Shown: positions 38,396 through 50,365 of the stretch, piece by piece | Layout of the letters: each line of letters starts with the position of its first letter | Numbering within the stretch: the first letter of the stretch is position 1 | Assembly (NCBI GenBank): GCA_013265495.1 | Contig: MU057989.1 | Coordinates: 62,001-126,000, forward strand | Reading direction: 5' to 3' | Length of the DNA: 64,000 nucleotides | From: Vicugna vicugna | Lineage: Eukaryota | Position numbers and translations under genes: made by a program | The notes under the pieces: model-generated | What the model was told of the DNA's origin: nothing | The model's database searches: none | Seen by the model: only the letters and a program-made list of their open reading frames with translations

Positions 38396-38904
38396 AAGGT
38401 GTCTAAGAGGCTCCTACCAGTTCTTAACATTGTGTGATTTGGGGTTTATGCTGAACCATCTTATACTCCTGGGTCTCCCTTGTGTAGACTACTATCATGA
38501 TGGCTGGTTAGGACAGATGGGTGACTAGAGACCCATAGCAACTTCGAACCATCATATTGGGGATTTAGGTGGAGCATGTAAAGTGAGTAAAATAAGGTAG
38601 ATATTAAGCTTTTTGGTCTTTTTAATTCATTTATGCTTCACTTCTAAAAATTCTGTTAATTCAATGAATTTTTATTGAGTAAAAACTTAATTTTCAAAAT
38701 ATGTGTTTTAGACTTAAAATAGCTGTGTCTCTACTCTTCCATTAACATCTTCAAAATAAATTGCTAGAATGTTAGGGTTGAATCCAGAAAAGAGACTGAT
38801 CCAGGCTGAAGGACTGTCCACCCTTGCACATGGGGTGACTAAAGAACACTTCAACCATGAACAAGAAATCAGAAACTTCTCAAGCAGAGGGCCCCTGGCA
38901 GCAT

Positions 38905-39082
38905 CAATGTTTCACGAAGTATCAGAATCAAATAGGCTACTGGTTTAAAAACAAATGTAGATTCTCAGGTCCCTCTTCAGTCCCTCTGAGTAAGAAGTCT
39001 TGGAGTAGAGTGGTCCAGGACTGCATTTTTAACAAGAATTCTGGGTGATTCTTAGGTATAGTGAAGTTGGGAAACCACTGTT
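38905..39082. mobile_element. MER5A-like MITE
   Basis: tcagaatca..ctgcatttttaacaag..gtgattct..gaagttgggaaaccactg. Confidence 0.65.
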
Positions 39083-39109
39083 TATAGACTTAATTTCCCT
39101 TTTCTTAAT

Positions 39110-39810
39110 ACGTAAGTTTTCCTGAGATAATTTGCATACCATACAATTCACTCACTCACAAGGCACAATTCAATGGCTTTTAGTAAACACAAAGTTGAGC
39201 AACCATCGCCAGCCACAATCACTCTTAGAACATTTTCATCACCCCAGAAACCCCATACGTATTAGTAGTCACTCCTCACTCTTCTGTTCCCCACCCCTCC
39301 CACCTCCAGCCCTAGTCAACCACGAGTCTATTTGGATTTGTCTACTCTTTAGGTTTTCTGTAGACTCCAGGTCATTTTATGTAAATGAAATATGTAACGT
39401 GTGATCTTTCCTGACTGGCTACTTTCACTTAGCATAATCTTTCCAAGGTTCATCCATGTTGTAGCATGAATTTTTTAAATTATCAAATAATATTCCATTG
39501 TATGGATATGCCACATTGTATGTATTCACTTATCCATTGGTGGATATTTGGGCTTTTCCACTTTTTGTCATCTATGGATAATGCTGCTATGAACATTCAT
39601 GTACACGTTTTCATGTGGACATCAGTTTTCATTTCTGCTGGGGATACACCTAGGAATGGAATTGCTGGGTCATAGGGTAATTCTATATTTAACCCTTTGA
39701 GGAATTGCCAGACTGTTCTCCAAAGTGGCTGTGCTATTTACATCCCCACCAACTATGGATGAGGACTCCAGTTTCTCCTCATCCTCACCAACACCTGTTA
39801 TTGTCCATTT
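39110..39810 (-). mobile_element. L1MB-like fragment
   Basis: ggataatgctgctatgaacattcatgtacac..ggaattgctgggtcata. Confidence 0.8.
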
Positions 39811-39814
39811 GTTT

Positions 39815-39950
39815 GTTTTGATGTAGCTAATTTTGTCTGTTTGGGAAGGGAGGTAATTAGGTGCATTTATTTATTTTTTAATGGAAGTACTGGAGGTTGA
39901 ACCCAGGACCTTGTGCATGCTAAACATATGCTCTACTCTTTTTTTTTTTT
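39815..39950 (-). mobile_element. Vic-1-like SINE
   Basis: aggtaattagg..ttgaacccaggaccttgtgcatgctaa. Confidence 0.75.
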
Positions 39951-41478
39951 AAAGAATTTTATCACTAGCTCTTACAATTAAGTCTATGATCCATTTAGAG
40001 TTGATTTTTTTTTTGTATAGTGTGAGGAAGGGGTCCAACCCTGGAGTTTCATCCCCAGACTACAGAAGTGTGAACTGCTGGCCAGGGGTGTGCACCAGAG
40101 CCAATCAGAGTGTTGGGGCAGGGGCCTCTGGGCAGGACTTCCCATCATAACCCTTTCCTGCCCAGAGTGGCTCTGCCGCAGGAGGCACTGGTGGTGTCTC
40201 TTCTGCTGGACCCCATGTCTCCCCAGGTCCCCAGTACCACCACGTTGCCCTGTAGGGCAAGATGAGCAGGGCTGGGAAGGACCACATGGGAGGAGCAGAG
40301 AGTGGCTAGTCAAGGCACTGAACCAGGGACAGGAGGGATAATGAGACACCAATCCTAGCCGTGTCTGTGGTCAACTGACTTGTTACCAGGCAGCATTTAC
40401 CAGGGTGGGGCACACTCCCTGGAGGTGGAGGCCCTGCCTTCATGTCTAGTGGCGAGGGACTGAGAAAAGAAGCTTGCAGTGGACAAGGCACCCCAACCAA
40501 CCACTGGCCTTGCACCTCAGGCTCCACTCAGGGATGATGAGGTCTTGGAAAACTTTGGGATGCTAGGTATGGACACCTCAAGCCATATACATCTGTTCCA
40601 AAGCAACAGAACTGAAAGCCAGTTTGGAGAAACAAGTCCAGGGGGACAAATAAGAGTCCATGGGCCTTGCTGCTGCCTAAATCCTGGACAGGGTGGATGA
40701 GATGTCTGCTAAGGCAACAGTGTTGTTCCTGGGCTAAACTGTAAACTGAGAAAGATCCTACTATCTGCCCACCATCCAGTCACCCCCAACAGACAAAACA
40801 GCCACTACACTGATGCCCCAGGGCCTGGATCTCCAGGCCTGCCCTGCCCGAGTAATCTATCCTTTCTGCTTCTCCAGACCAGAAGCCAGGGAGCCCTCAG
40901 TGACCACGGATTCTCTGGACACCCCCACAGCCCTGTCCCCTCTCAGCTGAGGCAGCGCCAGCACCAGCTTAGACACAAGGTTGCTGCCCTCATGGGGCCC
41001 TGTCATCCTGTGAACTCTAGGTGGCCCTGGGCCTCTGGCCTGGGATGGGGGCTGGATGTAGTTGTGAATCCAGAGAGTCCCGCCTCCCAGGGCCAGGCTC
41101 AGAGTAACTCACAGCTGTCAGTACCTTGGTCACCCCAGCAGCCCCTTGAGAACCCTGTATTTGGCACATTTTACAAATAGGGAAAGAGGTTTGGCTGAGA
41201 GAGGTGATGGACCCAAGGCAGCCAAGAGAGCAGAAGTGCTGGCCCAGAGTTCTCGAGCTCCATTCAGTTCCTTCCCCACCTCTCATCGCCGGGGGCCCTG
41301 ACCTCCATCCCGGATATGTTTTCCTGAACGCAGGCCCAAGGGCACCTCACTGATGGGATTTTCCCTCCTCCCTTAGGACGCAGCCCCTGGACTGCCAGGT
41401 TCCTCACCGAGGAGGTGGAGGAGAAATCCATCAGCTGGGGCCTAAGCGTGGCCTGAGGGCCAGGCCATCAGTCCCGGG

Positions 41479-41809
41479 ATGCCCCTGCCCGAGCCCAGCG
41501 AGCAGGAGGGTGAGAGCGTGAAGGCCGGCCAGGAGCCCTCCCCTGAGTCCCCTGAGCCAGGCACAGATGTCGTCCCCGCAGCCCCCAGGAAGCCCAGGAA
41601 GTTCTCCAAACTGGTCCTGCTGACGGCCTCCAAAGACAGTGCCAAAGTGGCCGGGGCCAAGCGCAAAGGAGTGCACTGCATCATGTCCCTGGGGGTGCCT
41701 GGCCCAGCCACCCTCGCCAAAGCCCTCCTTAAGATCCATCCTGAAGCTCAGCGGGCCATTGAGGCAGCGCCCCAGGAGCCTGAGCAGAAACGCAGCAAGC
41801 TGGACGCAG
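41479..41809 (+). CDS. FLYWCH2: FLYWCH family member 2, first coding exon (exon starts at 41377)
   Basis: MPLPEPSEQEGESVKAGQEP...KFSKLVLLTASKDSAKVAGAKRKGVHCIMSLGVPGPATLAKALLKIHPEAQRAIEAAPQEPEQKRSKLDA matches FLYWCH2 as recalled. Donor AG|GTGAGG at 41810, phase 1. Confidence 0.92.
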
Positions 41810-41919
41810 GTGAGGCCCCGGTCCCAGCTGGCAAGACGTGAGCAAGACCCACCTGGGGCCGGAAGTCCCCTGACACCTGGGCAGCCAGGGGGGACAGACA
41901 GGCTAGGTTGGCCCTGAAG

Positions 41920-42130
41920 TCTACACGTGTGCTGGGAACGTTGCTGCATGCATCTGTCTATATTACGTGTCAGTGTGAATCTGTGTGTCTGTTGGCTTTC
42001 ATGCATGTGTATGTTTGTCTAAAGTTCTGTCTGTCCATATTTGACAAGAAGTCCTTGTACGTCTGTGTTCCTGGGCCTGTTTCTGTCCATGTCTGCTCTT
42101 ATGTGTTTATGTGTTTATGTGTCTTTTTCA
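41920..42130. repeat. Degenerate (TG)n-rich low-complexity tract
   Basis: Visible directly in the sequence. Confidence 0.6.
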
Positions 42131-42989
42131 TGAGCTGGGGGTGTCCGCAGTCACAAGCCTAAAGTTCTCAGGGGACCCAAGGGACCCCTCAGGCTCCATC
42201 ACCCACTAGATGGAGCTGCACTCAGGGAATCAGGGACCCCAGAGGCTGGAGGCCCCTCTGCCGCATGCCGGGCTCACCCATGAGCCCTTCTTCTGGTCAG
42301 TCCCGCTCCAAGTGCCTCCTCATGGCCGTCTGCCCCTGCCCAGAGGAGAGAGGGTTCTGTCCTCATGATCTTTGGGGAAGCAGGGCTCAGAAGGGCCAAG
42401 TCACCACACTGAGGTCACCAGCAAGATCACTGCAGTGGTAGGGAGTGGCATCTGGTTCAGAGCCCATTCCTCCTGCTGAGCTGGGTAGGATGGGCCATCT
42501 TCAGGGTCCCTTCTACCCCAGGGCCTGAGACCTCTGCCCGCTTCTCAGATCTGCCCAGGCTCTGGGGCCATGTGGGCCCCACCTCGTCTGGCACCTTTGT
42601 GAGAATTAGGACAAAGCCACCCTTCCTCAGATGGAGAGAGGGAGAGCAGGACGGGGCGATGTCTCGGCCCCGTGGGCTTCCCTGAGCAGGCGCTCTTGGG
42701 CAGTGAACAACCTCTCAAACTGCCACTCTGTCTTTACCTCCATGCCTTCCAGTGTTCCCCGCCTCCTGCCCCGCCCTGGGCCAGGCTGAGGGGGTGGCAG
42801 CAGTTTCCTGGAAACAGCCTGTGTCCCTGGGCCAGTGGCCTTTGGGAGCATGTTTCTCGGGTCAGCAATTACTTTTCTAAGTCAGCCAACGGCTTCCCAC
42901 CCCTCCTCTGGCAGGGAGGACCCCAGGTTTGACGCCCCGCCCCTCCCTTTTCCCCTGACCACAGCCTGACCCGCCCCCTTCTCTTCCAG

Positions 42990-43093
42990 GCATTGAAGAA
43001 GACGGAAGGCTGGCGGGGCAGCATGCCCCCAGGCCCTCGGGGGGCGGGGAGGAGTCCCCCGCGGGACCCATCGTGCCCAGCGAGGCCCCGTAG
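42990..43093 (+). CDS. FLYWCH2: FLYWCH2 terminal coding exon
   Basis: Strong acceptor cccttctcttccAG at 42988-42989. Phase-1 join gives GIEEDGRLAGQHAPRPSGGGEESPAGPIVPSEAP*, total about 144 aa. AATAAA at 43267. Confidence 0.75.
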
Positions 43094-43255
43094 CCCTGAC
43101 AACCGGGGGTGCGTCCTTGCTGGGTCAGTGAACTTAGCTGCAACTTCTTCACGTTCCAGTGGGCTTCTGCTTGGGGCCTAGCCGCTGATTTTCACTTTAA
43201 ACATTGTAATTTTTTTCAGATCATGCATTATTTACTTTTGTAAACAGAAAAAAAA

Positions 43256-43272
43256 ATTAAAAAGAGAATAAA
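43256..43272 (+). terminator. FLYWCH2: FLYWCH2 polyadenylation signal(s)
   Basis: ATTAAA near 43256 and AATAAA at 43267-43272. Confidence 0.65.
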
Positions 43273-44780
43273 AGAAGCTGTACATTAGGTCCCATCATGG
43301 ATGGGTTTTTTAAAGTCCATGATTCTGCATGCTTTGCGGCCCCAGCTTCAACCCCACCAGCCCTCACCTGGCCATTCCCAGGGCTTCCTGGCCTGAGACA
43401 TCCCTCAGACCCAGGAGGGCTCTCCAAGGGCCTCCATCCCGCACGGCCTCATACCCCTCGGACCCCTCAGCCTGGAAAACCAGCCACTGATTCAGAAACT
43501 AGGTGGGATCTCTGAGGTCTCCACATTCTGCTGCTTTTGGTCTCTAGCCCCTGGGAAGCCAATCTCACCCATCCCTGGAGAGCCCTCTAGGGCCAGTCCG
43601 CAAGAGGCGTCAGCCTGCTGCTTCCTGCTGGACCCTCAGAAAAGTCATCTCCTCCAGGAAGCCACACAGGCCTGACAGCCCCCTGCACAGGGGCCATGAT
43701 GTTCATGGCAGCCCAAGGTTCTGCTGAGGAGGAGGTGGGCAGTCTGCAGTCTGAGGGGAGACCCCAACAGTAGTGTATGTTGCCCCTGTAATGTTCCTTC
43801 TGGATGATTTGAGGGCTGAGGGAGATTCCTGGGACCCCAAGCTCCTCCCCACATCCCCTGGGTGCCACTCTGCTGGAGGAAGAGATGAAGAAACACAGCT
43901 CCCCTACTTCAACCAGAAGTTGGGATCCCCTCCCAAAGGCTTCAGCCTCATGTTGCTTCAGCCCATGTGGTCTTCATTCTTTGAAAACTCTCATTGGGCA
44001 GAAGGAAATGGATTACTTTTGAAATGTAAAGTTTAGAGACTTAGGTTTTTAAACAACATTTTCCAAATCTACTTGGCATCTGTTGACTCCTTAGGGAAAG
44101 TTCCAGGGCGCATTTTCCTTGCCCAGCTCTCCAGTTTGCTGTGTTACATTCACAGCATGGTTGTCTGTCACATTTAGATTCTGTAACCAGAACTTGAAAA
44201 GTTCTTTTGTCTTCACTCTCTATTTAGATCCCTGTTCCCCACCACGTTTCTCCTTGCCCGAGGTTCTGAGTCATCTTCTTGGTGGGTGGGTTTTGTCAGA
44301 TGGCAAGAGCCCATGAGGGCTTGCTCAGTGTTGGACGTGTGAGGGTGGAGTGCTCCCCACCCCCTGCAGGAGTGGAGGGGCTGGCCAGGCTGGATTCCTG
44401 CCCTCAGCTCGGCCTCCAGGCAGTCCTTGCCTGAGCAGGTCAGAGAGGACTGACTTCTGCCTGCCTGCTGGGCAGGGTCACCAGCGGGCATCCACTCCCC
44501 TGTGCTTTAGTGTGGCACCATGAACCCTCCTGCTGTTACCAGGGAAACTTTGGCTGGGGTCCTCACCCTTCAGCTGGGGTCCCCAGTGAGAGGGCCTGAT
44601 TGACTCAGTGCCCCCCTCCCCTGGAGGCTGCATAGGGGTACAGCAAGGGTCCACCTCCCTCTGGGGGCCTAAGTTGCCAGTGGTGCCAGTCACCTGCCTA
44701 GAAGGTGACCAGTACTGCGGGGCAGGAAGCCACTGCCAAGCCAAGCCAGAAACCACATTCTGGGTCCGGAGGTGTTAAGA

Positions 44781-44869
44781 TTTTTTTTTTAATGGAGGTA
44801 CTGGGGATTGAACCCAGGACCTCGTGCATGCTAAGCACATGCTCTACTACTGAGCTATACCCACCCCCA
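44781..44869 (-). mobile_element. Vic-1-like SINE
   Basis: aatggaggtactggggattgaacccaggacctcgtgcatgctaagcacatgctctactactgagctataccc. Confidence 0.85.
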
Positions 44870-45887
44870 CTAAGAGTTTCTTATTTTAAAAATTTTGAGA
44901 CATCTCAAACTCACATAAAAGTTGAAAGAGCAGGCAGGGAGCACCATGTAGCTCTGACCTAGATTCACCCTCCCTCTCCCTCCCACCTTGCCCCTTCACT
45001 TCTTAAGGACCTTAATGTCTGCCCACAGCAGGATACACAGGATCTAGTGGTAAACAGATCACAGCCCCAGCCTCCCAGGGCTAGACAGGAAATACTGGAC
45101 TTCCTGACGATGAGTCCATGAAAACTGGGGCTAAGGGCTGCCCAGGAGAAGGCCAGGTGCGGCTCAGAATGACAGGGGCCTGAGGAAGACCCAAGGAGGG
45201 ACCTGAAGACCTGAAGAGTGAGGAGGGTGGGCATGGACAGAGCGAGTCTGGGGCCTGAAGGGAAGAAGGCCAAGAGGCAGGTATGGTGGACAGAGGCCAG
45301 CATCCCAGGGCCTGGAGGCCTGGAGGCCACAGTGGGATTCCAGGTTCATCATGGGCAGTGGGAGGCCGGGAAGGAGTTACACAGAAGAGGAACATGGTCA
45401 GCATCCTTTTACAAAACTCCCCTGGCACCATGAGGAGAATAGAGTGGAGGGGGTCCCAAGTGGGAGCTGAGAGGCTGGTGAGGAGGCCACCACAGATGAA
45501 AGTGAGAGAGAGGGAAGGGGAGATGGGAGATGCTGGAAGGAGTCTGAGAAGGGCTCAGTGATGGGTTGTCTCTTTCAGGGAACAGGGTATGAGTGAGAGA
45601 GAGAGAGAGAGGACTGAACTGCCCAGCTGGGGATGACAGGGCCGCCCACTAGGAGGAGTATCCACGAGGAGAAGGAAGCTGTAGGAAAGTGGTCCTTCTG
45701 GTTTCACAGAGTTGGCATCCCACTGGAGGATGTGTTTCTGTGAAGATGGGTTCCCCTGAGTGTTAGTAGAGAAGAAAACCCTCAGAGACTGCAAATTGAT
45801 ACCAGCTCTGGGTCTCTGCACTCTGTGAGAGGGTGGATGGGGACATTAATTATAATGGGGATAAAAAGCAAATAGGATGACTATACA

Positions 45888-46000
45888 CTTTCTTTTTTTA
45901 AAATTGGGGGGTAATTAGGTTTATTTATTTATTTACATGGATTGAACCCAGGACTTCTTGCATGCTAAGCATGCACTCTAACACTGAGCCATTCCCCAGT
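45888..46000 (-). mobile_element. Vic-1-like SINE
   Basis: ggtaattaggtttatttat..ggattgaacccaggac..gcatgctaagcatgcactcta. Confidence 0.75.
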
Positions 46001-48127
46001 CCCCCAAAGATCACATTTTTTTATATTCAGAAAATTGGGGTGATACACTTCCTATTTTTTAATATATACAATCGCATTTTCAGTGTCAATTTTACTGACT
46101 GCACATCGTAACACTACAGGAGTGGGTGATCATGTATCCAACCAATTCTGATTGCTGGGTCTGTCCCAGTTGTTTCCAGGTTGGTAACAATCCTTTCAAT
46201 AGCATTGGTTTTTCCTGGGACAAAGCTCTAGAAGTGAGATTAATTCTGATGGGGAGGACGCAGTCACTACAGTTCCCGGCTGCGAACACCCGGCTCTCAG
46301 GCATCCTTGCCAACACCCAGGAGAATCATTAAATAGAAAATATTAATAACGCCCTCCGCTTCATCCTGCTTGCACAATCTCTGCGTGTTTTCTCCTGGGG
46401 GTGCGTTTTCCTTGGCTAGCTTGGAGAGCTGGTCCACAGACCAGAGGGTCCCACTTTGTGGGACACTTGGTAACTGGTGCTTCCGGAGGCCAGGAGGGGG
46501 CGCGCGCGGACCCTTCGGCGATCCGAACGCTTCCCTGGTATCCAGGCGGTGAGGGCGCCACCAGCGCAGTCTCGCCAAGCGGACCCCAGACGCCCACCTG
46601 GGCCCTTTGAGGCACCGGCACTGGCTCTAACGTGCCTTCTGCAGGGGTGCGGGAGCGGCAGAGATTGGGCAAGGAGGATTCCGCAGCAATGACCCGGCAG
46701 ATGGCCGGGCTATCCGAAAGAGCGAGTGAGATCCATACTCCTTGTCATTCTCCAACACAAACTCCAACACAAGTCACAGCCCCTCCTCTCTGTTTTGTTC
46801 CTCCAGAGCACGTGCCACTTCCAATAGACATTGTAACTCATTGTTTATTACACCTCTTGCTTCTTGCCCCTCCCCCCCATAACGTAAGGTCAACGACACC
46901 AGGGTCGGGATCTTTGTTGATTTGGGCCCCTGAGGGTGGAGACCTGGGAGGGGAGCTGGCAGAGAGGCGCAGGGGTGCGGGGGGTACAGGACGCAGAGGA
47001 CAGGTAGAGGCCAGAGATGCGGGGGCAAGGAGCAAAGCAAAGGTTAGGCAAAGCATAGGTGCAAGAGGAAGACGCGGAGTATATGGTATGGGAGGCAAAG
47101 GACTGAAAGCAAGGATGGGAAAGGATGCGGGAGAACTCGGAGAGGAGGGGATTCGATGGAAGATGCGGAGGATGCGGAGAACGTGGAGCAGGTGGCGAGT
47201 CCCAAGGGCCCTGGACCTGCAGGGGAGCTTCCAGCAGTAGCTTTAGAGGAAAGGAGAGAGGCGAAGTGGAGGGGTATCAGGGAATTGGGGTTTTCTAGAA
47301 AGGAGTAGCATCATCACTCTGCAAAAGGGAGGACGCGCAGCCAGAAGACTGGGTGGTGGCTCCAGCCGGGCGAAGGCGAGCCGACAAAGGGAGGGGCCCG
47401 CGGAACTGGGAACGGTCGCTGTGAGCCCAAGGCCCAGGGCGCCGTGCGGGAGTGGAGGTGGGGTTGGGGGCGTCGCAGCGCCTGGGGCGGTGAGAGGCAA
47501 GGCAGGCATCAGCTCGGGTGATGCTGGGCAACTCCGGCTGCCACCCGTCAAGCATTCAGAAAAACAGCCCCCAGGGCCCGCAGCTCTCTGCGCCAGAACG
47601 ATCCCGGTCCCGATCGCACAGGGATGTTGGACAATGGCAAGTGTGAAGTGGCTGTGCACCGAGAGTAGGGGCTGGACCGACGTGTGACGGCCGGCTTGAG
47701 GGAGGAGGGCTGGATGGATGGGCGAGGGGCAGCCCAGTCCAGGAAAAAGACTCCCCTCACAGAATGCCAAAGGGGTGGATTTTTTCTTTGACCTTTTAGT
47801 TCGACATAATTTCACATCTACAGAAATGTTGCAAAACGTATACAAAGCATTCCTATATACTTTTCACCCAAGTTCCCCAAAAGTTAGGAATGAAGCCAGC
47901 CACAGCAGAAATGGAGAAATTTAGAAACAAAGTGTCCAATAGGAAAATAACTAAATTATGTAGCCAATCATATGCAAAATAGGCTTATAATATGGGGAGG
48001 GTTTACAATAGTTAGGTGGGGAAGTCAGGGATACAGGAAAATAATTGCTATGGAGTATGTTTGTAGCGATGTAAAACTTAAAATAGAGATTACATTTTCA
48101 AAAAGAGTGACAAGAAAGATGACAACA

Positions 48128-50365
48128 GAAACTCAAGGGACCCAGAACAGCCAAAACCAACCTGAGAAAGAACAAAGTTGCAGAACTCACACTCTCTGAT
48201 TTCAAAATTTACTTCAAAGTAACAGTAATGGAGAGTGTGGTACTGGCACAAAGAAAGACACAGACCCGGAGATAGAACTAAGAGTCCAGAAAAAAACCCT
48301 TACATCTATGGTTAAGTGCTTTTCAACAGGGAAGCCAAAATAATTAAACGGGGGAAAGAGCAGTCTTTTCAACAAATGGTACTGGGACAACTAGGATCTC
48401 GATATGCAAAAAAATGAACTTGGAGCCCTACTTTGTACCATCTACCAAAAATAACTCAAAATGGGTCCAGATCACAAATGTAAGAACTTAAACAATTTTT
48501 AGAATACATAAGGGTAAATCTTTGTGAACTTGGATTAGGCAGTGATTTCTTAGATGTGACATCAAAGCACACACAACAAGAGAAAAACAGATAAGTGGGT
48601 CACCATCAAAATTAAGAACTTTTGTGCTTCAAAGGACGTCATCTTAACCAGGGACAATAAAGTGGAAAGACAACCCATGGAATGGGGGAAGGTTTTTGCA
48701 AATCATATATCTGATACTGGGTATATATCTAGAATATATAAAGAATTTTTATGCTTAATAATAAAGTGACAACTCAATTTTAAAATAGGCAAAGGATCTG
48801 AGCAGATGTTCAAAGAAGATATAAAAACAGCAAATAAGCACGTGAGAAGAGGATCGACATCAATTAACCATTAGGGAAATGCAAATCCAAGCCAGAATGA
48901 AATGTCACTTCGTATCCATAAGCATGGCTGTAATCAGAAAGACAGATAAGAACAAATGTTGACAAGGATGTGGAGCAATTGGAACCCTCACACACTGCTA
49001 ATAGGAATGTAAAATGGAGCAGACCCTGCGGAAAACAATCTAACAAGTTCTCAAATGGTTAAACATAGAGTTACCACATGATCCAGCAATACCACTCCTA
49101 GCTGTAGACCCAAAAGAATTTGAAATATCTGTCCACACAAATTTGCATATGAGTGTTCATAGCAGCATTATCATAGTAGCCAAAAAGTGGAAACAACCCA
49201 AACATTGGTAAACAGATGAGTGGATCCATGGAGAAAAGGGAACCCTCCTACACTGCTGGTTTGAATGCAGTTTGGTGCAGCCACTGTGAAAAACAGTATG
49301 GAGATTCCTCAAAAGACTAGGAATAGACTTACCATATGACCCAGGAATCCCACTCCTGGGCATATATCCAGAAGGAACCCTACTTCAGGATGACACCTGC
49401 ACCCCAATGTTCATAGCAGCACTATTTACAATAGCCAAGACATGGAAACAGCCTAAATGTCCATCAACAGATGACTGGGTAAGGAAGATGTGGTATATTT
49501 ATATGGTGGAATACTATTCAGCCACAAAAACTGACAACATAACTCCATTTGCAGCAACATGGATGTTCCTGGAGAATGTCGTTCTGAGTGAAGTAAGCCA
49601 GAAAGAGAAAGAAAAAGACCATATGAGATCGCTCATATGCAGAATCTAAAATAAATAAATAAATAAATACAAAACAGAAACAGACTCATAGACATAGAAT
49701 ACAAGCTTATGGTTACCAAGGGGGTGGGGGGTGGGAAGGGACAGACTGGGATTACAAAATGTAGAATAGATAAACAAGATTATACTCTATAGCACAGGGA
49801 AATATATACAAGATCTTATGGTAGCTCACAACAAAAAAAATGTAACAATGAATATATGTATGTCCATGTATAACTGAAAAATTGTACTCTACACTGGAAT
49901 TTGACACAACATTGTAAAATGACTGTAACTCAATAAAAAAAAGTTGAAAAAAACAGATGAGTGGATAAACAAATTGGGGTCTATCCATACAATGCAATAT
50001 TATTGGGTCATAAAAAGGAATGAAGTACTGACACTTGTTACAACATGGATGGACTTTGAAAACATTAGGCTAAGTGAAAGACACCAGACACAAAAGACTA
50101 CATATTGCATGATTCCATTTAAATGAAATGCCCAGAATATGCAAATCTATAGAGACAGAAAGTAGATTAATAGCTGCTTAGGGTGGGAGAATGGGGGGCT
50201 GGGGGATGATGGCTAAAGATTTATTTTTTGAGTGATGAAAATGTCCTAAAGCTGATTGTAGTGGTGTTGGCATCTCTGTGAATATACGGAAAACCATTCA
50301 ATTGTACACTTTAAATGGGTGAGTTGATGACGTATGAATTCTATCCAATAAATCTATTACCAAAG
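48128..50365 (+). mobile_element. Old L1M element (ORF2 3' part and 3' UTR, degenerate) interrupted by a younger L1
   Basis: gaacagccaaaacca..tctgatttcaaaatttact..cagtcttttcaacaaatggt..attccatttaaatgaaatg. No long ORF. Confidence 0.85.
49226..49950 (+). mobile_element. Younger 5'-truncated L1 nested in L1M, with 16-bp target-site duplication
   Basis: TSD aaacagatgagtggat at 49210-49225 and 49951-49966. Same family as 22046-22936. Confidence 0.9.

Noticed and set aside
41479..41841. Single-exon 120-aa FLYWCH2 or a processed pseudogene
   Set aside because: The ORF runs through a consensus donor at 41810, and a downstream acceptor, stop and poly(A) signal give a normal spliced gene.
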